From the NCBI GenBank assembly GCA_002269645.1, contig NIVC01000692.1, forward strand, positions 371,950 through 435,949: a stretch of 64,000 bases of DNA, given 5' to 3'. Positions 1 to 15,167 of this stretch are shown here, piece by piece. The position numbers were made by a program, and so were the translations under genes. Origin of the DNA: Macrostomum lignano. Its lineage: Eukaryota. The notes beneath the pieces are model-generated. The model ran no database searches, was not told where the DNA came from, and saw nothing but the letters and a program-made list of their open reading frames with translations. The first letter of the stretch is position 1, and each line of letters begins with the position of its first letter.

Positions 1-1038
1 ATTCGCCACACCAATGACCAATTGGGCACACCAATGACCAATTCGCCACACCAACGTCCAATTCGCCACACCAATGACCAATTCGCCATACCAATGACCA
101 ATTCGCCACACCAATGACCAATTCACCACACCAATGTCTAATTCGAAACATCAAATGTCCAATTCGCCACACCAATGTCTAATTCGAAACCCCAATGACC
201 AATTCGCCACACCAACGTCGAATTCGGCACCCCAATGTCCAATTCGAAACCGCAATGTCCAATTTGCCACCCCAATGTCCAATTCGCCACACCAACGTCC
301 AATTCGGCACCCCAATGTCCAATTCGCCACACCAATGTCCAATTCGCCACACCAATGTCCAATTCGCCACACAAATGTGCAATTCGCCACACCAATGTCC
401 AATTGGGCACACCAATGTCCAATTCGCCACACCAACGTCCAATTCGCCACACCAACGTCCAATTCGCCACACCAATGACCAATTCGCCATACCAATGACC
501 AATTCGCCACACCAATGACCAATTGGGCACACCAATGACCAATTCGCCACACCAACGTCCAATTCGCCACACCAATGACCAATTCGCCACACCAATGACC
601 AATTCGCCACACCAATGACCAATTGGGCACACCAATGACCAATTCGCCACACCAACGTCCAATTCGCCACACCAATGACCAATTCGCCATACCAATGACC
701 AATTCGCCACACCAATGACCAATTCACCACACCAATGTCTAATTCGAAACCCCAATGTCCAATTCGCCACACCAATGTCTAATTCGAAACCCCAATGACC
801 AATTCGCCACACCAACGTCGAATTCGGCACCCCAATGTCCAATTCGAAACCGCAATGTCCAATTTGCCACCCCAATGTCCAATTCGCCACACCAATGTCC
901 AATTTGGCACCCCAATGTCCAATTCGAAACCCCAATGTCCAATTTGCCACCCCAATGTCCAATTCGGCACCCCAATGTCCAATTCGAAACCCCAATGTCC
1001 AATTCGGCACCTACACCCCAATCCCAATGTCCAATTTG
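1..1038. repeat. Minisatellite, 20-bp unit (aattcgccacaccaatgtcc), ~50 copies, runs off the left edge
   Basis: 20-bp periodicity visible in successive lines, with variant units (gtcc/gacc, cgaaac, ggcacc). All ORFs at 134-1129 are periodic translations of it. Confidence 0.97.
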
Positions 1039-3006
1039 ACGACACCCCAGTGTCCAGCGAATTCCAGCAACAGTGATTCTTTAATCTTTTGGACCCAGCC
1101 GGCAAGCTAGGCATCCAGACCAAAGCCATAAGCGTTAAGGTCTGCTGGCCCGTGCCGAAATCCAGATTTCACATTCCTTAATGAAGACAGAGTTTCCAAA
1201 TTTATGAAGACCAGCCAATGCGGAATTTCATGAATTTGTGTCCGAATAGCTAAAATTCGGATAACACTTCCTGGATGGCAGTTAGCCGTGTTTACATCGG
1301 AATAATTAGAGCCAATACAACCGTCTATAAACAGTTACTATTTTAAACCGGCTCTTTAAAGGCCCTGTGCTATCATATTTATGCATTCTATTTCTATTAA
1401 TAGATTTCTGGCTCAAATTATGGAACTTTTGGCTTGTTTAAAGTCAGGATAAATTCCTGATTTTATTACTCTCCAGGTCAGCCTCGTATTTGTATTGTGT
1501 AGGATAGAGACTGCGACAAATGGGCTGGTTGGATTATGAGTGCAGCCCATGCGAGGTCAGGTGCTTGCTTGGGTCAGTTATTGTTATCCTCCCGTGTTTT
1601 CTTTGATGTTGCCGATAGGAACACTGGCAGGTGAGTTAAATATAGGCAAGGCCTTACAATCAGTTGGGTTGGGGAATAGTAGTATAGCAGTTCAATGCAA
1701 TAAACTTCACATTGTAATAATTGTATTACACAATGATCCACATTAGTCGGAAATTCCTAGCGCAGTCAGAAGTCTTGAGAAGAATTTATACAGAGAATGA
1801 TATAAAGAAATGTTGCCGAAAAAATCGTACCTAAAGTGTACTGACGGTCTCGCACAATAAATATAACTAAACAATAATTCGAAGGCCGAGGACACAGGGC
1901 TTTTCCGGGGGACCGAAAACTGAACCCTTTTGTCTTCTAAACTTATACACCCACGCCTGGGCTGAGTGCAAACATGACGCCAGGGGCACCCCAACCCCGT
2001 TAGACTGGCGTGCGTATGACTTGGCCTTTCCATATATAATCAGTTCGTACCCTGCGTGACCCTCCCTCCCCACTCCGCGCGCTTTGGGTCTTCGCTTCAG
2101 CCACCCACCCCATTCCACTACAAGCTAGAGTTTATCTACGGATTCTACGCTATTGTAAAATAAGCTCATCAGACGCGACCAAAGATCGGCAAAGGTCCCA
2201 GTCTGGGGTTCCCCATCCAACCAACCACTGGATTCACATTTAGGTGTCTATGTATGTACAATTGTACAGTGAAATAATACCAGACTGTACAGGCAGACCT
2301 CCGCTGTCTCTTCGTTTTTTTAGATAACTGAGCAAATTAGTCTTCTCTTAACTGATATAATTTATTGAAAACTGGGCATTTTATTGACGATAAGTTGATT
2401 ATTTTTAAGCCCAGTTTTATTATTTGTTATATCGTCCTACTAAAATGATAGTAAGATAGTAAAAGTGCACTTTTGGATGTATACATTTTTAAATAAAGCG
2501 TTGTTGATATTGCTATGCTATCATAACTCCTTCCTTACACATTTGTTAGGGAACTTCCTTAATTTCAAAACTTCCTTTTGCAAAAATTCATATCCGGTAT
2601 CCTTCCAGAGCTCCAGGCCCACAGGCGGCTGACTTGGCTGGACCCATTCTCCGATTCACCGCTTCAAAATGGATCCCGCCATCCGTCATCCCTGATAAGC
2701 CTTCAATTTCCTGACCAAAAGTTTCACCGGTAAATAGTCGAGCTTAGGGAGTACAGAGCACGATACATGCAGTGCAATTAGCACTTCCTAAACTCTTTCC
2801 CCTGGCTAACCTCTGCTAAGTCCTACAAGTGATTAGCAACTCGTACATTTTGTTAGTGGATTTTTTATTTAAGGAGATGATGCGTCAGTGGCGATCAGGA
2901 CACGGATTTAGGCATCTCTGACACCACATTGGCACTCCGTTGAGGTGAGCGCTGAATATCCGTGGTTTGGGCTTTTGGGATAGAGTGCACCATATTGGCC
3001 TTGATT

Positions 3007-3262
3007 CAGGGGCGTAGCCAGGAATTTTGATTGGGGGGGGCCGTGAGTTAGGGGGCGCCAGCTTCTTATAGGGGGGCGCCAGTTTCTTTTAGGGGGGGCG
3101 CCAGTTTCTTTTAGGGGGACGGCGCCAGTTTCTTTTAGGGGGGGCGCCAGTTTCTTTTAGGGGGACGGCGCCAGTTTCTTTTAGGGGGGGCGCCAAGGCC
3201 AGAGTTGGTGATTGGGGGGGGGGGCCACGGCCCCCCTTGCCCCCCCTCTGGCTACGCCCCTG
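3007..3262. mobile_element. hAT-type MITE (256 bp) with 15-bp TIRs and 8-bp TSD
   Basis: Starts CAGGGGCGTAGCCAG (3007) and ends CTGGCTACGCCCCTG (3262). Flanked by CCTTGATT at 2999-3006 and 3263-3270. CAGGGG termini plus an 8-bp TSD are typical of hAT. Contains ~5 internal copies of ggcgccagtttcttttagggg. Confidence 0.9.
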
Positions 3263-3944
3263 CCTTGATTGACCTTTCCAGGCGCCTCAGTGCAATAAAG
3301 ATCCTATTTATCCGCTAAAGCCTTCATTTGTAGTACTTTAACGAAGTTGTTCAGAAGCCAAAACTGAAGTGGAACGAGAAAACAACGGTAAAAATAGTAG
3401 ACTAACATTGGCTTGCCTGACAACAACAAGACGAAACATCTGCGACTGCCTCTCGCCCCCCCCCCCTCCCTTACCTCTCTGAGCCCGCCCTGACCTTCCT
3501 ATTTCCCCATTGATTATTCTTTCATCCCGAATTCTTAATGAGCTTTTCTGTTTCTAGGGTCTTACAGGGGTTATTTAGGTTTAGCACCGGCCTGGGCGCA
3601 GCTGCGTGGGCGGGGGGGGACTCGGGATCGACCAGCTGAGAGACAAAGCGTCAAGAATAGAGCCAGAACTGACAGGTGTGAAAGAGAGAGTTGCGGGAAC
3701 AGATTTGCTTCTTCGTCTCTGTGGCCTGTGTCAGTGATCTATTGGAAGTGACTCACTCAGCTGACAACTTCTGGGGGCTTGAAAGTGCACAATAGCGAAA
3801 TCGGACTGGACCTCTTTATGCCCTGTTTGGTGGTAAACAAGTCTGACGGATATTGCATTCACGAAAACAGTCAAGCTGGAGAGTGCGGCTCCTTTGGAAA
3901 TTCTTGAAATTTTTTTATTTTTCTACTCTCCTATGCCGGTCTAA

Positions 3945-4620
3945 CTCTCTCCATCTGATCTGACTCCCCCCGTCTGGCTCCCCCGTCTGACTCCCCCCGT
4001 CTGACTCCCCCGTCTGACTCCCCCCGTCTGACTCCCCCGTCTGACTCCCCCCGTCTGAATCCCCCGTCTGACTCCCCCCGTCTGCCCCCCCCTGATCTGA
4101 CTTTCACAGTCTGACTCCCCCGGTCTGACTCCCCCCGTCTGGCTCCCCCCGTCTGACTCCCCCGTCTGACTCCCCCCGTCTGACTCCCCCCGTCTGGCCC
4201 CCCTGATCTGACTTTCACAGTCTGACTCCCCCGGTCTGACTCCCCCCGTCTGGCTCCCCCGTCTGACTCCCCCCGTCTGACTCCCCCCGTCTGACTCCCC
4301 CGTCTGACTCCCCCCGTCTGACTCCCCCGTCTGACTCCCCCGTCTGGCCCCCCGTCTGGCCCCCCGTCTGGCCCCTCCCGGTCTGACTCCCCCGTCTGAC
4401 TCCCCCCGTCTTACTCCCCCGTCTGACTCCCCGTCTGGCCCCCCCGTCTGGCCCCCCCGTCTGGCCTCTCCCGGTCTGACTCCCCCGTCTGACTCCCCCC
4501 GTCTGACTCCCCCGCTCCCCTCGTCTGATTCCCCCTAATTTGTCACCCCTGATCTGACACCCCTGATCTGAAACCTCTGATCTGACTTTCCCCAGTTTGA
4601 CTCTTCGCGGTCTGACTCCC
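3945..4620. repeat. Minisatellite, 13-14-bp unit (gtctgactccccc)
   Basis: Tandem units with variable C-run; degenerates toward 4620. Confidence 0.95.
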
Positions 4621-4781
4621 CGATCAACGGACAGGACGAGAAAACGCCATGCCACAAACCCAACAGAAGTCACCTAGCTCACAACTGAAACAATGGATTC
4701 CCCTCATTAAGCCCCAAGCCAATCCCGGCCGCCGCACAAATCAATTAGCTGCACTTTAAAAGTACTCGCATTCGAACTCAC

Positions 4782-7282
<2,501 letters not shown>

Positions 7283-7851
7283 CTAAATCGGTGGATTCTC
7301 CTGCCAATTCTAGTCACGGTTTTATATAGGCTGAACCCCTTCAAAAGTGTGTGGAATTGGTTAAGAGGAGCAGGGGCTTCCCTGGGGTAAGCTGCCCGCT
7401 GATTCGCTGGGCTGATTCTCGGCGGCCAAATATGGCTATTGGATTCCCGTGTGCTATTTTTAGCATGCCGTGCACCTCCCCGGGCCGCCCCTGCCATTTA
7501 CATATCTATGCATGCAAATGGACTAGCTTGTGATATTCCACAATAGGGATTCGCCAGTGGAAGGGGAGGCAGGGGAAGATGTGAGCGGTCGGGACTCTCC
7601 AGTCAAATAGGCTACTCTTGTGGGCAGAGAAGAGAGTGAAGTACACTTATCCGCCCACCTAACGGGGAGTAAAGGAAATAAGGTGATTGAAATGGGAATT
7701 AATTAATCGTTGAAAACATACAAATTTGGTCTGGCCCTAAATAATTGATTCAGGAAGCTTTGAATATCGGCCTAAGCAATAATCACACAGAATAATTTGT
7801 TATTAGTTGGGGATTCTCGTTGTGAAGAAACCCTGGGTTTAGGTGAGTTTC

Positions 7852-8092
7852 CCAGTAGGGGATTCCTGGGTCGAGCGATTTCTCAGTAGGGGATTCCTGG
7901 GTCTGGCGATTTCTCTGTGGGGGATTCCTAGGTCTGGCAATTTCTCAGTAGGGGATTCCTGGGTCTGGCGATTTCTCTGTGGGGGATTTCCTGGGTCTGG
8001 CGATTTCTCAGTAGGGGATTCCTGGTTCTGGCGATTTCTCAGTGTGGGATTCCTGGTTCTGGCGAATAAGTAGGGGATTCCTGGGTCTGGCA
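7852..8092. repeat. Minisatellite, ~31-32-bp unit (cagtaggggattcctgggtctggcgatttct), ~7-8 copies
   Basis: Tandem units visible directly. Confidence 0.92.
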
Positions 8093-8816
8093 TTTCATTT
8101 AGTCCAAATGTCTCATCAGGTGAGCGCCCCTTCCAGTGAGGAAGTTCTTGAGATGCAATTTTTGTCAGGTGAGTTGGGGTGCAGAGATTCTCTACGCAAT
8201 GGACGTGTAGCTTAATTTCGTGAAATCCTTTTCTCAACCCCCTCTAATTTAGAGGACTGTCGCTGGCCTGCATTCCAGACAGATGGCCCAGTGCAGCGGG
8301 CTTGTTAATCTAAGAATATCTCGTGTCAGTCGTGCGTCAGCGGCCGTGAATCGGGATTGATTTCAATCCGGCTAGGGGACTCCAGAGATAAAACTTGGAG
8401 AGGCAGAATTTTTTCTGTACAAAGTTGAACAACCCCCTCCTACCCGACTAAAGATTCCTAATAATACAAGCCAGAATGCCAGACTTGCAGATCGCATGTG
8501 TACCAACAGCTTGGAAATTTTAGGGAAAATTCCGGAAAAAAGCCAAGAACAGAGATAAGCCTTACCGATCCAAGCGCTCCTTCTAAGGACTCCTTGGCCC
8601 AGCGCTGCGTTGTGGAGGGGGAGTGGCTGCGAGTTCCTGACGGCCGGTTAATTAACACGAGCCCAGTACAACTGATTCGCTCGTTAAAATAGATTTGACC
8701 GCTAGTAGTGGTGCATGGGCGGGTTCTGGGGGAATCGGATGACGCAAATCTGAGCTAACTGCTTTTTTATCGATGTGGCAAAGCCTTTCATTGGGGAGGG
8801 AGCGACTTTGCGCAGA

Positions 8817-11032
8817 GGGCGCCATTTGATTTGAGTGGGCGCCATTTGATTTGAGTGGGCGCCATTTGATTTGAGTGGGCGCCATTTGATTTGAGTGAGC
8901 GCCATTTGATTTGAGTGGGCGCCATTTGATTTGAGTGAGCGCCATTTGATTTGAGTGGGCGCCATTTGATTTGAGTGAGCGCCATTTGATTTGAGTGGGC
9001 GCCATTTGATTTGAGTGAGCGCCATTTGATTTGAAACGGGTGCCATTTGATTTGAGTGGGCGCCTTTTGATTTGAGTGGGCGCCATTTGATTTGAGTGGG
9101 CGCCATTTGATTTTAGTGAGCGCCATTTGATTTGAGTGGGCGCCATTTGATTTGAAACGGGTGCCATTTGATTTGAGTGAGCGTCATTTGATTTGAGTGG
9201 GTGCCATTTGATTTGACTGAGCGCCATTTGATTTGAAACGGGTGCCATTTGATTTGAGTGAGCGTCATTTGATTTGAAACGGGTGCCATTTGATTTGAGT
9301 TGGCGCCATTTGATTTGAGTGGGCGCCATTTGATTTTAGTGAGCGCCATTTGATTTGAGTGGGCGCCATTTGATTTGAGTGGGCGCCATTTGATTTTAGT
9401 GAGCGCCATTTGATTTGAGTGAGCGCCATTTGATTTGAAACGGGTGCCATTTGATTTGAGTGAGCGTCATTTGATTTGAGTGAGCGCCATTTGATTTGAG
9501 TGGGCGCCATTTGATTTGAGTGAGCGCCATTTGATTTGAGTGGGCGCCATTTGATTTTAGTGAGCGCCATTTGATTTGAGTGAGCGCATTTGATTTGAAA
9601 CGGGTGCCATTTGATTTGAGTGAGCGTCATTTGATTTGAGTGAGCGCCATTTGATTTGAGTGGGCGCCATTTGATTTTAGTGAGCGCCATTTGATTTGAG
9701 TGAGCGCCATTTGATTTGAAACGGGTGCCATTTGATTTGAGTGAGCGTCATTTGATTTGAGTGAGCGCCATTTGATTTGAGTGGGCGCCATTTGATTTGA
9801 GTGGGCGCCATTTGATTTTAGTGAGCGCCATTTGATTTGAGTGAGCGCCATTTGATTTGAAACGGGTGCCATTTGATTTGAGTGAGCGTCATTTGATTTG
9901 AGTGAGCGCCATTTGATTTGAGTGGGCGCCATTTGATTTGAGTGAGCGCCATTTGATTTGAGTGGGCGCCATTTGATTTGAGTGAGCGCCATTTGATTTG
10001 AAACGGGTGCCATTTGATTTGAGTGGGCGCCATTTGATTTGAGTGAGCGTCATTTGATTTGAGTGGGCGCCATTTGATTTGAGTGAGGGCCATTTGATTT
10101 GAGTGAGCGCCATTTGATTTGAGTGGGCGCCATTTGATTTTAGTGAGCGCCATTTGATTTGAGTGGGCGCCATTTGATTTGAAACGGGTGCCATTTGATT
10201 TGAGTGAGCGTCATTTGATTTGAAACGGGTGCCATTTGATTTGAGTGAGCGTCATTTGATTTGAAACGGGCGCCATTTGATTTGAGTTGGCGCCATTTGA
10301 TTTGAGTTGGCGCCATTTGATGAGTGAGCGCCATTTGATTTCAGTGGGCGCCATTTGATTTCAGTAAGCGCCATTTGATTTGAGTGGGCGCCATTTGATT
10401 TCAGTAAGCGCCATTTGATTTGAGTGAGCGCCATTTGATTTGAAACGGGTGCCATTTGATTTGAGTGAGCGTCATTTGATTTGAGTGAGCGCCATTTGAT
10501 TTGAGTGGGCGCCATTTGATTTGAGTGAGCGCCATTTGATTTGAGTGGGCGCCATTTGATTTGAGTGAGCGCCATTTGATTTGAAACGGGTGCCATTTGA
10601 TTTGAGTGGGCGCCATTTGATTTGAGTGAGCGTCATTTGATTTGAGTGGGCGCCATTTGATTTGAGTGAGGGCCATTTGATTTGAGTGAGCGCCATTTGA
10701 TTTGAGTGGGCGCCATTTGATTTTAGTGAGCGCCATTTGATTTGAGTGGGCGCCATTTGATTTGAAACGGGTGCCATTTGATTTGAGTGAGCGTCATTTG
10801 ATTTGAAACGGGTGCCATTTGATTTGAGTGAGCGTCATTTGATTTGAGTGAGGGCCATTTGATTTGAGTGAGGGCCATTTGATTTGAGTGAGCGCCATTT
10901 GATTTGAGTGGGCGCCATTTGATTTTAGTGAGCGCCATTTGATTTGAGTGGGCGCCATTTGATTTGAAACGGGTGCCATTTGATTTGAGTGAGCGTCATT
11001 TGATTTGAAACGGGAGCCATTTGATTTGAGTT
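8817..11032. repeat. Minisatellite, 20/21-bp unit (gccatttgatttgagtgggc), ~110 copies, with higher-order structure
   Basis: Tandem units with variants (gaaacgggt, gtcatttg). Identical ORF translations are offset by 583 bp (9818/10401 and 9889/10472). Confidence 0.98.
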
Positions 11033-11689
11033 GGCAACCAAAGTCACTGCAAGAGCCAATTAGGAAAGAAAACGTAGATGTAAGAAGAAGACAATTTTTG
11101 CAATATATTGATACTAAGCCAGGGACTCTGCGTGGCACGATCTGGATTGTACAGCGGAGCAGTTATTTTGCTTTTTTTGTTGATTTTAAGTAAACAGTTT
11201 TCACAATTTTAACGATTGATTAAAAAACTGGATTCTCCCCTTTTTCCTGGGAATTCCCTGCGTCCTCTTTAGCACGCGAAAATCAACCAGGCCTGAAGTA
11301 CCAATTGTTTAAAAATAGATTTTTAGCTGCTCCGCTCCATTCAATCCGCAATCTCTTTCAGCCTATTGAGCACTTGAACTGTGCAGATGTTCAGCTATTT
11401 ATTGAGCAGCTCGCGGCCCACGCGTTGAGAGCCCCCTTCACCCAGTTCACCGCTCCAGATTAGGTAATCGAAAACAACACAAAATCAAAGCACCCGGACT
11501 CCATCTCTTTCAAATTCGGGATGACAAAGCCCAAGAGGTGTTTGCGTGCACTTCACCCCCCCCACGCAAGTTGACCCCAGATTTCTCAGTGACAGGAGAA
11601 GGTTAGGAAAAGGAGCTGCACCTCATCTTCAACACTTGCATGCGAGGCTTACATTCTTTTTGTCTTCGACCTTTGACCTCTGTCTGACT

Positions 11690-11950
11690 GAATACTGACT
11701 GAAATCTGACTGGGGATTGACTGGAATCTGACTGGAGACTGACTGGAATATGACTGGGGATTGACTGGAATCTGACTGGAATCTGACTGGAGAACTGGAA
11801 TCTGATTGGAGACTGACTGGAATCTGACTGGGGATTGACTGGAATCTAACTGGAGACTGACTGGAGACTGACTGGAATCTGACTGGAGACTGACTAGAAT
11901 CTGACTGGAATCTGACTGGAGACTGACTGGAATCTGACTGGAATCTGATT
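11690..11950. repeat. Minisatellite, ~11-bp unit (gactggaatct / gactggagact)
   Basis: Tandem units visible directly. Confidence 0.92.
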
Positions 11951-14362
11951 GAAATTAAAATAAATTTGCACACTTATTTCTGTTCGGTTAACATAAATAT
12001 TAACCAGTTAATTCAATCGCCTATAACTAATTCAGAATAACTGCTGAAGCCCTGCTGTTTCTCATCTGTCTATTTTTGGCACCAAGACTATCTTTAAATA
12101 AAAGCAACGGAATTACTAAAAGTAGGCACAAGCGGAAATATAGCAAACGGTTTAATAACCCCAATTAACCTGGAAATTAAATACCGTATAGACCATATAA
12201 ACCTTTAAGTAACAGAAAACTACTCAAAAATAAAAATCCACTCATCATCATTGCTTTCCAAGGGCAGTAAGGCTCAGCTAGACTCCCCATCGACAAGTAA
12301 CTGGCTGCAATCGAAGGACGCTGCACTCGGTCTTCTTAGAAATGAGCTTGTCGTATCGCTACATATGTCTAGTGTACCGTGTAGTGCACAAATGTAGTGC
12401 ATTTAGTTTATTATTTTCTCGGTCTTTCTCGACCGAATTTGTCTATGGCAAAACGCCACTCAGCGTTATGCGGTCTCTAGAGCACACTGAATTCACTACT
12501 AGCCGTGCGACAAATAAGCGTTCCTTACCGTACCGGCCTCCAGAAAATTTCTAAGAAAATCGAGTAAGGCGTCCTTCTAGTGCAGCTGTTCATGTACACT
12601 CCCTAAATTCAACCCTCCCCCTATTTACGAGTTTAAAGATTTCGCTGTATACCTGGCTACTGTCAGTAGTAAAGACGGTCTCTGACTGTTTTTACCCTGG
12701 CTGCCTCTCTGGCGGCATTTCTCGGGTTGTGCGCTCTCGCTAGCCCAATCCAAAAGTGTCCACACCGGAGGTGATGTACACAGCTAAAAATAGCCCTTCT
12801 TATTTCGTGCATTCCAATTAGTTTTTCGGCCCTCGGCCTTGGTTTAGGGGGGTGTACCTGGAGTGAGTGCGTACTCTGGACTGCAGTGTGGCTAGAACGG
12901 GACTTGAGCCCCCCGGTCGCACCCGCCCTGCAGGAAAGAATGACCATCCACAAAGGTGTACGGTAGAGCCCAGTTGATGCCAGCCCTGAGGCTGAGCCGC
13001 GGGTTTAGGGTTCAGGTGCTCCTCCCTATGCTTTGTGTTTTAAACTTTGTGTTTTTATCTTAATGTAAGGCCTTAGATTGCCGCCCCAAATTTTCGGAGT
13101 TATGAGCTCTGCCTCCCTGCCCGGTCCATCTTGCTCTGTCCTTGGTCCATCTGCTGGCTCCTCTGGTTGTCTCCCTGCCCTTGTGTCTCGGCTCTCATCC
13201 TGACAGTGGACTGGAGTCCTGGGGTTGATGTTCGTCCCGAATCGGGGATACCGGCTGAGTCCGGGTCCTCTTGCTCCTTGTGCCCCTTCCCAACCCTTTG
13301 GCCTGGCCTCCAATCTTTGAGCTGGGTAGTGAAAAAGCCTTGAGGCTCGCAGACTATAGGAGGTTCCGCCATTCCATCCTAGCTCTAATCCGCCTCCTGA
13401 TAGGAGACTCGCTCTTGGTAAATAATCTGCCCAGACTCACTCCAAAATTAAGCCATTTCCGAGACTTCTGGGTCTCCCCGCTCTCGGACCGATTGTCAGT
13501 AGTATCCCAAACAGTTTTTCCAATTCTTTTTTCGCGCACTCCCGGGATTTGTCTGCTGGGTGGTGTCTTGGGTGGACTCGGTCCTAGCACCGACCCTGAT
13601 TCCACTTTTGGGTTGGCGGTGTCTTAGTCCATAGGCTTGGGCTAGTAGCTACTTTCCCCTGGCCCAGACGTCAGGGCCCAACCCGGGGTATCTCGGGCTA
13701 TACGCCCCTGGTAGTGCCCCTCAGCGGCGGAGCCCTCTCCGGGCTGATCCGCGGGTAGCCCAGCTTCCCAACCCCCGTTTAGCAACAACAAAGACGAGTA
13801 ATCCAAGTTGGTTCATTATTTTGTATGCAAACAAATAGATACGCTTAGTTACGTAGTGCATTTATGGCAGCATCCTATTCAACAATAAAAAACTGTGCTT
13901 TCTACGCTTCTATTCGCGCTACGCAGATGGTAGAGAAGACCTGTTCCAAACAACTTTCAATTACTTGCTTCAGCGAATAAGATACCGAACAGCTTGAACT
14001 TGAATATTCATTCTTGAACTAAACCCGCTAAATGCAGTCTACAGAAGAGGATCTGATCCTCTGTTCAGCGATTTAAAACTGCGCAGTTTAGCCAACCAGC
14101 CCTTCTCCCTATTGTCAGAGCTGCAGGTTCCCACTCCAGAGCCAGGAATAGCTGTGTACAAGTAGATGGCGCATCCGGCATACTGGAAGCCACTTCCTGC
14201 GACTTGGAAGCGACGCAATATTATTGTATGGCGCTTCTAAGCACTACTAGGTGCATTGTATTGAATGCTAGCCTTTATGGGCTCAGTCGTCTGGAGAGGA
14301 ACTAAAGGAACTAAGAGGGATTTCGACTTACTAATTATTCTACTGTCGCTTTATTGGGAAAA

Positions 14363-14540
14363 CTTTGGGAAGTACTGGCATGTCAGAACCCCAGTAGCAA
14401 AGGATTCCGCTTGCTTCGATGCTGCAGTGCAGGCGTGGAACGGATTGCAAGCTTTGGGAAGTACTGGCATGTCAGAACCCCAGTAGCAAAGGATTCCGCT
14501 TGCTTCGATGCTGCAGTGCAGTCGTGGAACGGATTGCAAT
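14363..14540. repeat. 89-bp direct tandem duplication (2 copies)
   Basis: ctttgggaagtactggcatgtcag...cggattgcaa starts at 14363 and again at 14452, differing by about one base (ggcg/gtcg). Confidence 0.9.
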
Positions 14541-15167
14541 TGACCTGAGACGTGTAATCAGTGAGAGTCAAACTAAAAAACCTGTGTAGTAACTATGGCT
14601 TCTAGATGAACGACTTAACTTCTCCTGGTCTTTGCGCAGAGTTGGTGTGCACCTGCACTGCATGCAGTCTCAGACTTGCATGCAGAAATACGATTCTACG
14701 GTCGTAAATTTGATTTGTCTATCTCAGATGCACGCTGTTATTGCAAAGTAAACCTGACAAAACGTTTTGATTCCAGAAATGAGGAGTAGTCAGCCTTTAC
14801 AGAGTGTTTTTGTAAGACATACTCGTAGTTTTGATCCGACCTACCGTGGATGTGGAATACATGTAGTTTTAATGCAGCATTGCGGTTTGAAATCTACATA
14901 GAAAGTGCAGCACAGAAATGCAGTATGCACTTATCTACTGGCTGCAGCTTCAATCGAAGTAACTTTGCAGCAGGGGAATTGAAGAGGCCCAATATAATTC
15001 TCCCCTCTCTAGACGCCTGTCATTGGCTGAACCTCGACAATACAGTTTTAAGGCTAAGCATAGCCGCCAAATCCAATACATCATGATGCTGGAGAACTCA
15101 ATTGGAAGCTTCCGCGCATTCAGCTTCGTAACTGACGCTTCCGAGCCCGAAGCTAGACTCTGACGAA

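Noticed and set aside
8280-8640. Ankyrin-like snippets (PLHNAALG, SPLHWA) on the minus strand
   Set aside because: Candidate splice phases are incompatible and the matches are too short.
12600-13800. Several 70-120-aa ORFs on both strands, possibly gag/viral or exons
   Set aside because: No recognisable motif, no LTR/PBS, and no consistent splice phases could be established.
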